Shown here: piece by piece, positions 11,601-27,319 of the stretch
Numbering within the stretch: the stretch's first letter is position 1
How the letters are laid out: every line of letters begins with the position of its first letter
Source: Antedon mediterranea
Lineage: Eukaryota; Animalia; Echinodermata
Length of the DNA: 64,000 bases
NCBI RefSeq assembly: GCF_964355755.1
Contig: NC_092671.1
Coordinates: 21,345,317 to 21,409,316, forward strand
Reading direction: 5' to 3'
Translations under genes and position numbers: made by a program
The notes under the pieces: generated by a model
Database searches by the model: none
Told to the model about the DNA's origin: nothing
What the model saw: the letters and a program-made list of their open reading frames with translations, nothing else

Positions 11601-13524
11601 ACATCAAAGTGGTTAAAATCACATTATAAACCGTTTTAGACCATTTTGAGCATTTCGATAACACTTTTCACACAAAAACATCAAAGTGCTTAGAATAGCT
11701 TCAAATCGCATTTGGAGACGTTTTAGACCATTTTGTGATTTTCGAAAAAAACTTTTTAACATAAAAACACCAAACTGCTAAGAATAGCTTCAAATCGCAT
11801 ATGGAGACAATTTAGACCATTTTGTGATTTTCGAAAAAACTTGTTAACATAAAAACACCAAAGTGCTTAGAATACCTTCAAATCGCATTTGGAGACATTT
11901 TAGACCATTTTGTGATTTTCGAAAAAACTTGTTAACATAAAAACATCAAAGTGCTAAGAATAGCTTCCAATCACATTTGTAGACGTTTTAGACCATTTTG
12001 TGATTTTCGAAAACAACTTGTTAACATAAAAACACCAAAGTGCTTAGAATAGCTTCAAATCGCATTTGGAGACGTTTTAGACCATTTTGTGATTTTCGAA
12101 AAAACTTGTTAACATAAAAACATCAAAGTGCTAAGAATAGCTTCAAATCGAATTTGGAGACATTTTAGACCAATTAGTGATTTTCGAAAAAACTTGGTTA
12201 CACAAAAACATCAAAGTGGTTAAAATCACATTATAAACCGTTTTAGACCATTTTGAGCATTTCGATAACACTTTTCACACAAAAACATCAAAGTGCTTAG
12301 AATAGCTTCAAATCGCATTTGGAGACGTTTTAGACCATTTTGTGATTTTCGAAAAAAACTTTTTAACATAAAAACACCAAACTGCTAAGAATAGCTTCAA
12401 ATCGCATATGGAGACAATTTAGACCATTTTGTGATTTTCGAAAAAACTTGTTAACATAAAAACACCAAAGTGCTTAGAATACCTTCAAATCGCATTTGGA
12501 GACATTTTAGACCATTTTGTGATTTTCGAAAAAACTTGTTAACATAAAAACATCAAAGTGCTAAGAATAGCTTCCAATCGCATTTGGAGACGTTTTAGAC
12601 CATTTTGTGATTTTCGAAAAAACTTGTTAACATAAAAACACCAAAGTGATTAGAATAGCTTCAAATCGCATTTGGAGACGTTTTAGACCATTTTGTGCAT
12701 TTCGATGAAACTTGGTTACGCAAAAACATCAAAGTGCTTAAAATCACATTATAAACCGTTTTAGACCATTTTGAGCATATCGATAACACTTTTTACACAA
12801 AACACCAAAGTGCTTAGAATAGCTTCAAATCGCATTTGGAGACGTTTTAGACCATTTTGTGATTTTCGACAAAACTTTTTCACACAAAACACCAAAGTGC
12901 TTAGAATACCTTCAAATCGCATTTGGAGACGTTTTAGACCATTTTGTGATTTTCGAAAAAACTTGTTAACATAAAAACATCAAAGTGTACAGAATAGCTT
13001 CAAATCGCATTTGGAGACGTTTTAGACCATTTTGTGATTTTCGAAAAAACTTGTTAACATAAAAACACCAAAGTGCTTAGAATAGCTTCAAATCGCATTT
13101 GGAGACGTTTTAGACCATTTTGTGATTTTCGAAAAAACTTGTTAACATAAAAACACCAAAGTGCTTAGAATAGCTTCAAATCGCATTAGGAGACGTTTTA
13201 GACCATTTTGTGATTTTCGAAAAAACTTGTTAACATAAAAACACCAAAGTGCTTAGAATAGCTTCAAATCGCATTTGGAGACGTTTTAGACCATTTTGTG
13301 ATTTTCGAAAAAACTTGTTAACATAAAAAAAACAAAGTTCTTAAAATAGCTTCAAATCGCATTTGGAGACGTTTTAGACCATTTTGTGATTTTCGAAAAA
13401 ACCTGTTAACATAAAAACACCAAAGTGTTTAGAAAAGCTTCAAATCGCATTTGGAGACGTTTTAGACCATTTTGGGATTTTCGAAAAAACTTGTTAACAT
13501 AAAAACACCAAAGTGCTTAGAATA

Positions 13525-13881
13525 TGGCCGAGCGGTTAAGGCAGGGGCGCCGTTTATCGTACCTAAAGAGCCAACAACAACATCGGCAAGGGTTCGAGGC
13601 CGACTCGCTCCTAGTTCTGGTGGTGGAACAAGTCTTCTCGGAAAAGGACTATAAACCGTAGGTCCAGTGTACACAGTTATAACATGTGTGTACTTTAAAG
13701 AACCCAGTTCATTATTCGAAAAAGAGTAGGGGGTTACCCCGGTGAACTGGTTCACACAATAGCCTCTGTATCAGGGGGATTACCACCTATCTGATAGGAC
13801 AGTGATTAATTCACTATTGGTAATCCTTGGCCACAGTGCCTAAAGACATAAAATAAAATAAAAATAAATAAATAAATAATA
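13525..13881 (+). mobile_element. tRNA-derived SINE, copy 2
   Basis: Same as copy 1 (offset +5288) apart from T>A at 13643 (GGATAAGG>GGAAAAGG); same junctions and tail. Confidence 0.92.
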
Positions 13882-16379
13882 GCTTCAAATCGCATTTGGA
13901 GACGTTTTAGACCATTTTGTAATTTTCAAAAAAACTTGTTAACATAAAAACACCAAAGTTCTTAGAATAGCTTCAAATCGCATTTGGAGACGTTTTAGAC
14001 CATTTTGTGCATTTCGATGAAACTTGGTTACACAAAAACATCAAAGTGCTTAAAATCACATTATAAACCGTTTTAGACCATTTGAGCATTTCGATAACAC
14101 TTTTCACACAAAAACATCAAAGTTCACAATATAGCTTAATATCCTATTTAAAAACGTTTTAGACCATTTTGAGCATTTCGACAAAACTTTTTCACACAAA
14201 ACACCAAAGTGCTTAGAATACCTTCAAATCGCATTTGGAGACGTTTTAGACAATTTTGTGATTTTCGAAAAAACTTGTTAACATAAAAACATCAAAGTTT
14301 ACAGAATAGCTTCAAATCGCATTTGGAGACGTTTTAGACAATTTTGTGATTTTCGAAAAAACTTGTTAACATAAAAACACCAAAGTGCTTAGAATAGCTT
14401 CAAATCGCATTGGGAGACGTTTTAGACCATTTTGTGATTTTCGAAAAAACTTGTTAACATAAAAACACCAAAGTGCTTAGAATAGCTTCAAATCGCATTT
14501 GGAGACGTTTTAGACCATTTTGTGATTTTCGAAAAAACTTGTTAACATAAAAACACCAAAGTTCTTAAAATAGCTTCAAATCGCATTTGGAGACGTTTTA
14601 GACCATTTTGTGATTTTCGAAAAAACTTGTTAACATAAAAACACCAAAGTGTTTAGAAAAGCTTCAAATCGCATTTGGAGACGTTTTAGACCATTTTGGG
14701 ATTTTTGAAAAAACTTGTTAACATAAAAACACCAAAGTGCTTAGAATAGCTTCAAATCGCATTTGGAGACGTTTTAGACCATTTTGTAATTTTCAAAAAA
14801 ACTTGTTAACATAAAAACACCAAAGTTCTTAGAATAGCTTCAAATCGCATTTGGAGACGTTTTAGACCATTTTGTGCATTTCGATGAAACTTGGTTACAC
14901 AAAAACATCAAAGTGCTTAAAATCACGTTATAAACCGTTTTAGACCATTTGAGCATTTCGATAACACTTTTCACACAAAAACATCAAAGGGCACAATATA
15001 GCTTAATATCCTATTTAAAAACGTTTTAGACCATTTTGAGCATTTCGACAAAACTTTTTCACACAAAACACCAAAGTGCTTAGAATACCTTCAAATCGCA
15101 TTTGGAGACGTTTTAGACAATTTTGTGATTTTCGAAAAAACTTAACATAAAAACATCAAAGTTTACAGAATAGCTTCAAATCGCTTTTGGAGACGTTTTA
15201 GACAATTTTGTGATTTTCGAAAAAACTTGTTAACATAAAAACACCAAAGTGCTTAGAATAGCTTCAAATGGCATTGGGAGACGTTTTAGAACATTTTGTG
15301 ATTTTCGAAAAAACTTGTTAACATAAAAACATCAAAGTGTACAGAATAGCTTCAAATCGCATTTGGAGACGTTTTAGACAATTTTGTGCATTTCGATGAA
15401 ACTTGGTTACACAAAAACATCAAAGTGCTTAAAATCACATTATAAACCGTTTTAGACCATTTGAGCATTTCCATAACACTTTTCACACAAAAACATCAAA
15501 GGGCACAATATAGCTTAATATCCTATTTAAAAACGTTTTAGACCATTTTGAGCATTTCGACAAAACTTTTTCACACAAAACACCAAAGTGCTTAGAATAC
15601 CTTCAAATCGCATTTGGAGACGTTTTAGACCATTTTGTGATTTTCGAAAAAACTTGTTAACATAAAAACATCAAAGTGTACACAATAGCTTCAAATCGCA
15701 TTTGGAGACGTTTTAGACCATTTTGTGATTTTCGAAAAAACTTGTTAACATAAAAACACCAAAGTGCTTAGAATAGCTTCAAATCGCATTAGGAGACGTT
15801 TTAGACCATTTTGTGATTTTCAAAAAAACTTGTTAACATAAAAACACCAAAGTGCTTAGAATAGCTTCAAATCGCATTTGGAGACGTTTTAGACCATTTT
15901 GTGATTTTCGAAAAAACTTATTAACATAAAAACACCAAAATGTTTAGAATAGCTTCAAATCGCATTTGGAGACGTTTTAGACCATTTTGTGATTTTCGAA
16001 AAAACTTGTTAACACAAAAACACCAAAGTGATTAGAATAGCTTCAAATCGCATTTGGAGACGTTTTAGACCATTTTGTGCATTTCGATGAAACTTGGTTA
16101 CGCAAAAACATCAAAGTGCTTAAAATCACATTATAAACCGTTTTAGACCATTTTGAGCATATCGATAACACTTTTCACACAAAAACATCAAAGAGCACAA
16201 TATAGCTTAATATCGTATTTAAAAACGTTTTAGACCATTTTGAGCATTTCGACAAAACTTTTTCACACAAAACACCAAAGTGCTTAGAATAGCTTCAAAT
16301 CGCATTTGGAGACGTTTTAGACCATTTTGTGATTTTCGAAAAAACTTGTTAACATTAAAACATCAAAGGGCTAAGAATA

Positions 16380-18757
16380 GCTTCAAATCGCATTTGGAGA
16401 CATTTTAGACCAATTAGTGATTTTCGAAAAAACTTGGTTACACAAAAACATCAAAGTGGTTAAAATCACATTATAAACCGTTTTAGACCATTTTGAGCAT
16501 TTCGATAACACTTTTTACACAAAAACATCAAAGTGCTTAGAATAGCTTCAAATCGCATTTGGAGACGTTTTAGACCATTTTGTGATTTTTGAAAAAAACT
16601 TTTTAACATAAAAACACCAAACTGCTAAGAATAGCTTCAAATCGCATATGGAGACAATTTAGACCATTTTGTGATTTTCGAAAAAACTTGTTAACATAAA
16701 AACACCAAAGTGCTTAGAATACCTTCAAATCGCATTTGGAGACGTTTTAGACCATTTTGTGATTTTCCAAAAAACTTGTTAACATAAAAACATCAAAGTG
16801 TACAGAATAGCTTCAAATCGCATTTGGAGACGTTTTAGACCATTTTGTGATTTTCGAAAAAACTTGTTAACATAAAAACACCAAAGTGCTTAGAATAGCT
16901 TCAAATCGCATTAGGAGACGTTTTAGACCATTTTGTGATTTTCGAAAAAACTTGTTAACATAAAAACACCAAAGTGCTTAGAATAGCTTCAAATCGCATT
17001 TGGAGACGTTTTAGACCATTTTGTGATTTTCGAAAAAACTTGTTAACATAAAAACACCAAAATGTTTAGAATAGCTTCAAATCACATTTGGAGACGTTTT
17101 AGACCATTTTGTGATTTTCGAAAAAACTTGTTAACACAAAAACACCAAAGTGATTAGAATAGCTTCAAATCGCATTTGGAGACGTTTTAGACCAATTTGT
17201 GCATTTCGATGAAACTTGGTTACGCAAAAACATCAAAGTGCTTAAAATCACATTATAAACCGTTTTAGACCATTTTGAGCATATCGATAACACTTTTCAC
17301 ACAAAAACATCAAAGAGCACAATATAGCTTAATATCTTATTTAAAAACGTTTTAGACCATTTTGAGCATTTCGACAAAACTTTTTCACACAAAACACCAA
17401 AGTGCTTAGAATAGCTTCAAATCGCATTTGGAGACGTTTTAGACCATTTTGTGATTTTCGAAAAAATTGTTAACATAAAAACATCAAAGTGCTAAGAATA
17501 GCTTCAAATCGCATTTGGAGACATTTTAGACCAATTAGTGATTTTCGAAAAAACTTGGTTACACAAAAACATCAAAGTGGTTAAAATCACATTATAAACC
17601 GTTTTAGACCATTTTGAGCATTTCGATAACACTTTTTACACAAAAACATCAAAGTGCTTAGAATAGCTTCAAATCGCATTTGGAGACGTTTTAGACCATT
17701 TTGTGATTTTTGAAAAAAACTTTTTAACATAAAAACACCAAACTGCTAAGAATAGCTTCAAATCGCATATGGAGACAATTTAGACCATTTTGTGATTTTC
17801 GAAAAAACTTGTTAACATAAAAACACCAAAGTGCTTAGAATACCTTCAAATCGCATTTGGAGACGTTTTAGACCATTTTGTGATTTTCCAAAAAACTTGT
17901 TAACATAAAAACATCAAAGTGTACAGAATAGCTTCAAATCGCATTTGGAGACGTTTTAGACCATTTTGTGATTTTCGAAAAAACTTGTTAACATAAAAAC
18001 ACCAAAGTGCTTAGAATAGCTTCAAATCGCATTAGGAGACGTTTTAGACCATTTTGTGATTTTCGAAAAAACTTGTTAACATAAAAACACCAAAGTGCTT
18101 AGAATAGCTTCAAATCGCATTTGGAGACGTTTTAGACCATTTTGTGATTTTCGAAAAAACTTGTTAACATAAAAACACCAAAATGTTTAGAATAGCTTCA
18201 AATCACATTTGGAGACGTTTTAGACCATTTTGTGATTTTCGAAAAAACTTGTTAACACAAAAACACCAAAGTGATTAGAATAGCTTCAAATCGCATTTGG
18301 AGACGTTTTAGACCAATTTGTGCATTTCGATGAAACTTGGTTACGCAAAAACATCAAAGTGCTTAAAATCACATTATAAACCGTTTTAGACCATTTTGAG
18401 CATATCGATAACACTTTTCACACAAAAACATCAAAGAGCACAATATAGCTTAATATCTTATTTAAAAACGTTTTAGACCATTTTGAGCATTTCGACAAAA
18501 CTTTTTCACACAAAACACCAAAGTGCTTAGAATAGCTTCAAATCGCATTTGGAGACGTTTTAGACCATTTTGTGATTTTCGAAAAAATTGTTAACATAAA
18601 AACATCAAAGTGCTAAGAATAGCTTCAAATCGCATTTGGAGACATTTTAGACCAATTAGTGATTTTCGAAAAAACTTGGTTACACAAAAACATCAAAGTG
18701 GTTAAAATCACATTATAAACCGTTTTAGACCATTTTGAGCATTTCGATAACACTTTT
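16380..18757. repeat. Tandem duplication, period 1121 bp
   Basis: Private AAAAAATTGT at 17461/18582 and AATATCTTAT at 17331/18452. Confidence 0.85.
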
Positions 18758-21435
18758 CACACAAAAACATCAAAGTGCTTAGAATAGCTTCAAATCGCAT
18801 TTGGAGACGTTTTAGACCATTTTGTGATTTTCGAAAAAAACTTTTTAACATAAAAACACCAAACTTCTAAGAATAGCTTCAAATCGCATATGGAGACAAT
18901 TTAGACCATTTTGTGATTTTCGAAAAAACTTGTTAACATAAAAACACCAAAGTGCTAAGAATAGCTTCAAATCGCATATGGAGACAATTTAGACCATTTT
19001 GTGATTTTCGAAAAAACTTGTTAACATAAAAACACCAAAGTGCTTAGAATACCTTCAAATCGCATTTGGAGACGTTTAAGACCATTTTGTGATTTTCGAA
19101 AAAACTTGTTAACATAAAAACACCAAAGTGCTTAGAATAGCTTCAAATCGCATTTGGAGACGTTTTAGACCAATTTGTGATTTTCGAAAAAACTTGGTTA
19201 CACAAAAACATCAAAGTAATAATCACATTATAAACAGTTTTAGACCATTTTGAGCATATCGATAAAACTTTTTACACAAAACACCAAAGTGCTTAGAATA
19301 GCTTCAAATCGCATTTGGAGACGTTTTAGACCATTTTGTGATTTTCGACAAAACTTTTTCACACAAAACACCAAAGTGCTTAGAATACCTTCAAATCGCA
19401 TTTGGAGACGTTTTAGACCATTTTGTGATTTTCGAAAAAACTTGTTAACATAAAAACATCAAAGTGTACAGATTAGCTTCAAATCGCATTTGGAGACGTT
19501 TTAGACCATTTTGTGATTTTCGAAAAAACTTGTTAACATAAAAACACCAAAGTGCTTAGAATAGCTTCAAATCGCATTAGGAGACGTTTTAGACCATTTT
19601 GTTATTTTCGAAAAAACTTGTTAACATAAAAACACCAAAATGTTTAGAATAGCTTCAAATCGCATTTGGAGACGTTTTAGACCATTTTGTGATTTTCGAA
19701 AAAACTTGTTAACATAAAAACACCAAAGTGCTTAGAATACCTTCAAATCGCATTTGGAGACGTTTTAGACCATTTTGTGATTTTCCAAAAAACTTGTTAA
19801 CATAAAAACATCAAAGTGTACAGAATAGCTTCAAATCGCATTTGGAGACGTTTTAGACCATTTTGTGATTTTCGAAAAAACTTGTTAACATAAAAACACC
19901 AAAGTGCTTAGAATAGCTTCAAATCGCATTAGGAGACGTTTTAGACCATTTTGTGATTTTCGAAAAAACTTGTTAACATAAAAACACCAAAGTGCTTAGA
20001 ATAGCTTCAAATCGCATTTGGAGACGTTTTAGACCATTTTGTGATTTTCGAAAAAACTTGTTAACATAAAAACACCAAAATGTTTAGAATAGCTTCAAAT
20101 CACATTTGGAGACGTTTTAGACCATTTTGTGATTTTCGAAAAAACTTGTTAACACAAAAACACCAAAGTGATTAGAATAGCTTCAAATCGCATTTGGAGA
20201 CGTTTTAGACCAATTTGTGCATTTCGATGAAACTTGGTTACGCAAAAACATCAAAGTGCTTAAAATCACATTATAAACCGTTTTAGACCATTTTGAGCAT
20301 ATCGATAACACTTTTCACACAAAAAAATCAAAGAGCACAATATAGCTTAATATCTTATTTAAAAACGTTTTAGACCATTTTGAGCATTTCGACAAAACTT
20401 TTTCACACAAAACACCAAAGTGCTTAGAATAGCTTCAAATCGCATTTGGAGACGTTTTAGACCATTTTGTGATTTTCGAAAAAACTTTTTCACACAAAAC
20501 ACCAAAGTGCTTAGAATACCTTCAAATCGCATTTGGAGACGTTTTAGACCATTTTGTGATTTTCGAAAAAACTTGTTAACATAAAAACATCAAAGTGTAC
20601 AGAATAGCTTCAAATCGCATTTGGAGACGTTTTAGACCATTTTGTGATTTTCGAAAAAACTTGTTAACATAAAAACACCAAAGTGCTTAGAATAGCTTCA
20701 AATCGCATTAGGAGACGTTTTAGACCATTTTGTGATTTTCGAAAAAACTTGTTAACACAAAAACACCAAAGTGCTTAGAATAGCTTCAAATCGCATTTGG
20801 AGACGTTTTAGACCATTTTGTGATTTTCGAAAAAACTTGTTAACATTAAAACACCAAAATGTTTAGAATAGCTTCAAATCGCATTTGGAGACGTTTTAGA
20901 CCATTTTGTGATTTTCGAAAAAACTTGTTAACACAAAAACACCAAAGTGATTAGAATAGCTTCAAATCGCATTTGGAGACGTTTTAGACCATTTTGTGCA
21001 TTTCGATGAAACTTGGTTACGGAAAAACATCAAAGTGCTTAAAATCACATTATAAACCGTTTTAGACCATTTTGAGCATATCGATAACACTTTTCACACA
21101 AAAACATCAAAGAGCACAATATAGCTTAATATCGTATTTAAAAACGTTTTAGACCATTTTGAGCATTTCGACAAAACTTTTTCACACAAAACACCAAAGT
21201 CCTTAGAATAGCTTCAAATCGCATTTGGAGACGTTTTAGACCATTTTGTGATTTTCGAAAAAACTTGTTAACATAAAAACATCAAAGGGCTAAGAATAGC
21301 TTCAAATCGCATTTGGAGACATTTTAGACCAATTAGTGATTTTCGAAAAAACTTGGTTACACAAAAACATCAAAGTGGTTAAAATCACATTATAAACCGT
21401 TTTAGACCATTTTGAGCATTTCGATAACACTTTTT

Positions 21436-24400
21436 ACACAAAAACATCAAAGTGCTTAGAATAGCTTCAAATCGCATTTGGAGACGTTTTAGACCATTTT
21501 GTGATTTTCGAAAAAAACTTTTTAACATAAAAACACCAAACTGCTAAGAATAGCTTCAAATCGCATATGGAGACAATTTAGACCATTTTGTGATTTTCGA
21601 AAAAACTTGTTAACATAAAAACACCAAAGTGCTTAGAATACCTTCAAATCGCATTTGGAGACGTTTTAGACCATTTTGTGATTTTCCAAAAAACTTGTTA
21701 ACATAAAAACATCAAAGTGTACAGAATAGCTTCAAATCGCATTTGGAGACGTTTTAGACCATTTTGTGATTTTCGAAAAAACTTGTTAACATAAAAACAC
21801 CAAAGTGCTTAGAATAGCTTCAAATCGCATTAGGAGACGTTTTAGACCATTTTGTGATTTTCGAAAAAACTTGTTAACATAAAAACACCAAAGTGCTTAG
21901 AATAGCTTCAAATCGCATTTGGAGACGTTTTAGACCATTTTGTGATTTTCGAAAAAACTTGTTAACATAAAAACACCAAAATGTTTAGAATAGCTTCAAA
22001 TCACATTTGGAGACGTTTTAGACCATTTTGTGATTTTCGAAAAAACTTGTTAACACAAAAACACCAAAGTGATTAGAATAGCTTCAAATCGCATTTGGAG
22101 ACGTTTTAGACCAATTTGTGCATTTCGATGAAACTTGGTTACGCAAAAACATCAAAGTGCTTAAAATCACATTATAAACCGTTTTAGACCATTTTGAGCA
22201 TATCGATAACACTTTTCACACAAAAACATCAAAGAGCACAATATAGCTTAATATCTTATTTAAAAACGTTTTAGACCATTTTGAGCATTTCGACAAAACT
22301 TTTTCACACAAAACACCAAAGTGCTTAGAATAGCTTCAAATCGCATTTGGAGACGTTTTAGACCATTTTGTGATTTTCGAAAAAACTTGTTAACATAAAA
22401 ACATCAAAGTGCTAAGAATAGCTTCAAATCGCATTTGGAGACATTTTAGACCAATTAGTGATTTTCGAAAAAACTTGGTTACACAAAAACATCAAAGTGG
22501 TTAAAATCACATTATAAACCGTTTTAGACCATTTTGAGCATTTCGATAACACTTTTCACACAAAAACATCAAACTGCTAAGAATAGCTACAAATCGCATA
22601 TGGAGACAATTTAGACCATTTTGTGATTTTCGAAAAAACTTGTTAACATAAAAACACCAAAGTGCTTAGAATACCTTCAAATCGCATTTGGAGACATTTT
22701 AGACCATTTTGTGATTTTCGAAAAAACTTGTTAACATAAAAACATCAAAGTGCTAAGAATAGCTTCCAATCGCATTTGGAGACGTTTTAGACCATTTTGT
22801 GATTTTCGAAAACAACTTGTTAACATAAAAACACCAAAGTGCTTAGAATAGCTTCAAATCGCATTTGGAGACGTTTTAGACCAATTTGTGATTTTCGAAA
22901 AAACTTGGTTACACAAAAACATCAAAGTGGATAAAATCACATTATAAACCGTTTTAGACCATTTTGAGCATATCGATAACACTTTTCACACAAAAACATC
23001 AAAGACCACAATATAGCTTAATATCGTATTTAAAAACGTTTTAGACCATTTTGAGCATTTCGACAAAACTTTTTCACACAAAACACCAAAGTGCTTAGAA
23101 TAGCTTCAAATCGCATTTGGAGACGTTTTAGACCATTTTGTGATTTTCGAAAAAACTTGTTAACATAAAAACATCAAAGTGCTAAGAATAGCTTCAAATC
23201 GAATTTGGAGACATTTTAGACCAATTAGTGATTTTCGATGAAACTTGGTTACACAAAAACATCAAAGTGGTTAAAATCACATTATAAACCGTTTTAGACC
23301 ATTTTGAGCATTTCGATAACACTTTTCACACAAAAACATCAAAGTGCTTAGAATAGCTTCAAATCGCATTTGGAGACGTTTTAGACCATTTTGTGATTTT
23401 CGAAAAAAACTTTTTAACATAAAAACACCAAACTGCTAAGAATAGCTTCAAATCGCATATGGAGACAATTTAGACCATTTTGTGATTTTCGAAAAAACTT
23501 GTTAACATAAAAACACCAAAGTGCTTAGAATACCTTCAAATCGCATTTGGAGACGTTTTAGACCATTTTGTGATTTTCCAAAAAACTTGTTAACATAAAA
23601 ACATCAAAGTGTACAGAATAGCTTCAAATCGCATTTGGAGACGTTTTAGACCATTTTGTGATTTTCGAAAAAACTTGTTAACATAAAAACACCAAAGTGC
23701 TTAGAATAGCTTCAAATCGCATTAGGAGACGTTTTAGACCATTTTGTGATTTTCGAAAAAACTTGTTAACATAAAAACACCAAAGTGCTTAGAATAGCTT
23801 CAAATCGCATTTGGAGACGTTTTAGACCATTTTGTGATTTTCGAAAAAACTTGTTAACATAAAAACACCAAAATGTTTAGAATAGCTTCAAATCACATTT
23901 GGAGACGTTTTAGACCATTTTGTGATTTTCGAAAAAACTTGTTAACACAAAAACACCAAAGTGATTAGAATAGCTTCAAATCGCATTTGGAGACGTTTTA
24001 GACCAATTTGTGCATTTCGATGAAACTTGGTTACGCAAAAACATCAAAGTGCTTAAAATCACATTATAAACCGTTTTAGACCATTTTGAGCATATCGATA
24101 ACACTTTTCACACAAAAACATCAAAGAGCACAATATAGCTTAATATCTTATTTAAAAACGTTTTAGACCATTTTGAGCATTTCGACAAAACTTTTTCACA
24201 CAAAACACCAAAGTGCTTAGAATAGCTTCAAATCGCATTTGGAGACGTTTTAGACCATTTTGTGATTTTCGAAAAAACTTGTTAACATAAAAACATCAAA
24301 GTGCTAAGAATAGCTTCAAATCGCATTTGGAGACATTTTAGACCAATTAGTGATTTTCGAAAAAACTTGGTTACACAAAAACATCAAAGTGGTTAAAATC

Positions 24401-25446
24401 ACATTATAAACCGTTTTAGACCATTTTGAGCATTTCGATAACACTTTTCACACAAAAACATCAAACTGCTAAGAATAGCTACAAATCGCATATGGAGACA
24501 ATTTAGACCATTTTGTGATTTTCGAAAAAACTTGTTAACATAAAAACACCAAAGTGCTTAGAATACCTTCAAATCGCATTTGGAGACATTTTAGACCATT
24601 TTGTGATTTTCGAAAAAACTTGTTAACATAAAAACATCAAAGTGCTAAGAATAGCTTCCAATCGCATTTGGAGACGTTTTAGACCATTTTGTGATTTTCG
24701 AAAACAACTTGTTAACATAAAAACACCAAAGTGCTTAGAATAGCTTCAAATCGCATTTGGAGACGTTTTAGACCAATTTGTGATTTTCGAAAAAACTTGG
24801 TTACACAAAAACATCAAAGTGGATAAAATCACATTATAAACCGTTTTAGACCATTTTGAGCATATCGATAACACTTTTCACACAAAAACATCAAAGACCA
24901 CAATATAGCTTAATATCGTATTTAAAAACGTTTTAGACCATTTTGAGCATTTCGACAAAACTTTTTCACACAAAACACCAAAGTGCTTAGAATAGCTTCA
25001 AATCGCATTTGGAGACGTTTTAGACCATTTTGTGATTTTCGAAAAAACTTGTTAACATAAAAACATCAAAGTGCTAAGAATAGCTTCAAATCGAATTTGG
25101 AGACATTTTAGACCAATTAGTGATTTTCGATGAAACTTGGTTACACAAAAACATCAAAGTGGTTAAAATCACATTATAAACCGTTTTAGACCATTTTGAG
25201 CATTTCGATAACACTTTTCACACAAAAACATCAAAGTGCTTAGAATAGCTTCAAATCGCATTTGGAGACGTTTTAGACCATTTTGTGATTTTCGAAAAAA
25301 ACTTTTTAACATAAAAACACCAAACTGCTAAGAATAGCTTCAAATCGCATATGGAGACAATTTAGACCATTTTGTGATTTTCGAAAAAACTTGTTAACAT
25401 AAAAACACCAAAGTGCTTAGAATACCTTCAAATCGCATTTGGAGAC
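21436..25446. repeat. Tandem duplication, period 1892 bp
   Basis: Private GAATAGCTAC at 22581/24473; flanking mismatches at 21435/23327 and 23555/25447 delimit it. Confidence 0.85.
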
Positions 25447-27319
25447 ATTTTAGACCATTTTGTGATTTTCGAAAAAACTTGTTAACATAAAAACATCAAA
25501 GTGCTAAGAATAGCTTCCAATCGCATTTGGAGACGTTTTAGACTATTTTGTGATTTTCGAAAACAACTTGTTAACATAAAAACACCAAAGTGCTTAGAAT
25601 AGCTTCAAATCGCATTTGGAGACGTTTTAGACCAATTTGTGATTTTCGAAAAAACTTGGTTACACAAAAACATCAAAGTGGATAAAATCACATTATAAAC
25701 CGTTTTAGACCATTTTGAGCATTTCGATAACACATTTCACACAAAAACATCAAAGAGCACAAAATAGCTTAATATCGTATTTAAAAACGTTTTAAACCAT
25801 TTTGAGCATTTCGACAAAACTTTTTCACACAAAACACCAAAGTGTACAGAATAGCTTCAAATCGCATTTGGAGACGTTTTAGACGATTTTGTGATTTTCG
25901 AAAAAACTTGTTAATATAAAAACACCAAAGTACTTAGAATAGCTTCAAATCGCATTTGGAGACGTTGTAGACCATTTTGTGATTTTCGAAAAAACTTGTT
26001 AACATAAAAACACCAAAGTTTACAGAATAGCTTCAAATCGCATTTGGAGACGTTTTAGACAATTTTGTGCATTTCGATGAAACTTGGTTACACAAAAACA
26101 TCAAAGTGCTTAAAATCACATTATAAACCGTTTTAGACCATTTGAGCATTTCCATAACACTTTTCACACAAAAACATCAAAGGGCACAATATAGCTTAAT
26201 ATCCTATTTAAAAACGTTTTAGACCATTTTGAGCATTTCGACAAAACTTTTTCACACAAAACACCAAAGTGCTTAGAATACCTTCAAATCGCATTTGGAG
26301 ACGTTTTAGACCATTTTGTGATTTTCGAAAAAACTTAACATAAAAACATCAAAGTTTACAGAATAGCTTCAAATCGCATTTGGAGACGTTTTAAACCATT
26401 TTGTGATTTTCGAAAAAACTTGTTAACATAAAAACACCAAAATGTTTAGAATAGCTTCAAATCGCATTTGGAGACGTTTTAGACCATTTTGTGATTTTCG
26501 AAAAAACTTGTTAACACAAAAACACCAAAGTGATTAGAATAGCTTCAAATCGCATTTGGAGACGTTTTAGACCATTTTGTGATTTTCGAAAAAACTTGTT
26601 AACATAAAAACACCAAAGTGATTAGAATAGCTTCAAATCGCATTTGGAGACGTTTTAGACCATTTTGTGCATTTCGATGAAACTTGGTTACGCAAAAACA
26701 TCAAAGTGCTTAAAATCACATTATAAACCGTTTTAGACCATTTTGAGCATATCGATAACACTTTTTACACAAAACGCCAAAGTGCTTAGAATAGCTTCAA
26801 ATCGCATTTGGAGACGTTTTAGACCATTTTGTGATTTTCGACAAAACTTTTTCACACAAAACACCAAAGTGCTTAGAATACCTTCAAATCGCATTTGGAG
26901 ACGTTTTAGACCATTTTGTGATTTTCGAAAAAACTTGTTAACATAAAAACATCAAAGTGTACAGAATAGCTTCAAATCGCATTTGGAGACGTTTTAGACC
27001 ATTTTGTGATTTTCGAAAAAACTTGTTAACATAAAAACACCAAAGTGCTTAGAATAGCTTCAAATCGCATTAGGAGACGTTTTAGACCATTTTGTGATTT
27101 TCGAAAAAACTTGTTAACATAAAAACACCAAAGTGCTTAGAATAGCTTCAAACCGCATTTGGAGACGTTTTAGACCATTTTGTGATTTTCGAAAAAACTT
27201 GTTAACATAAAAACACCAAAGTTCTTAAAATAGCTTCAAATCGCATTTGGAGACGTTTTAGACCATTTTGTGATTTTCGAAAAAACTTGTTAACATAAAA
27301 ACACCAAAGTGTTTAGAAA

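Larger units (their letters stand above)
5253..15830. repeat. Tandem duplication, period 5288 bp, each unit carrying one SINE
   Basis: The offset 5288 holds for the SINEs, for ORF-track landmarks 7483/12771 and for variant 5471/10759; chimeric junction near 10541; only three substitutions noticed (6975, 13643, 15270). Confidence 0.9.
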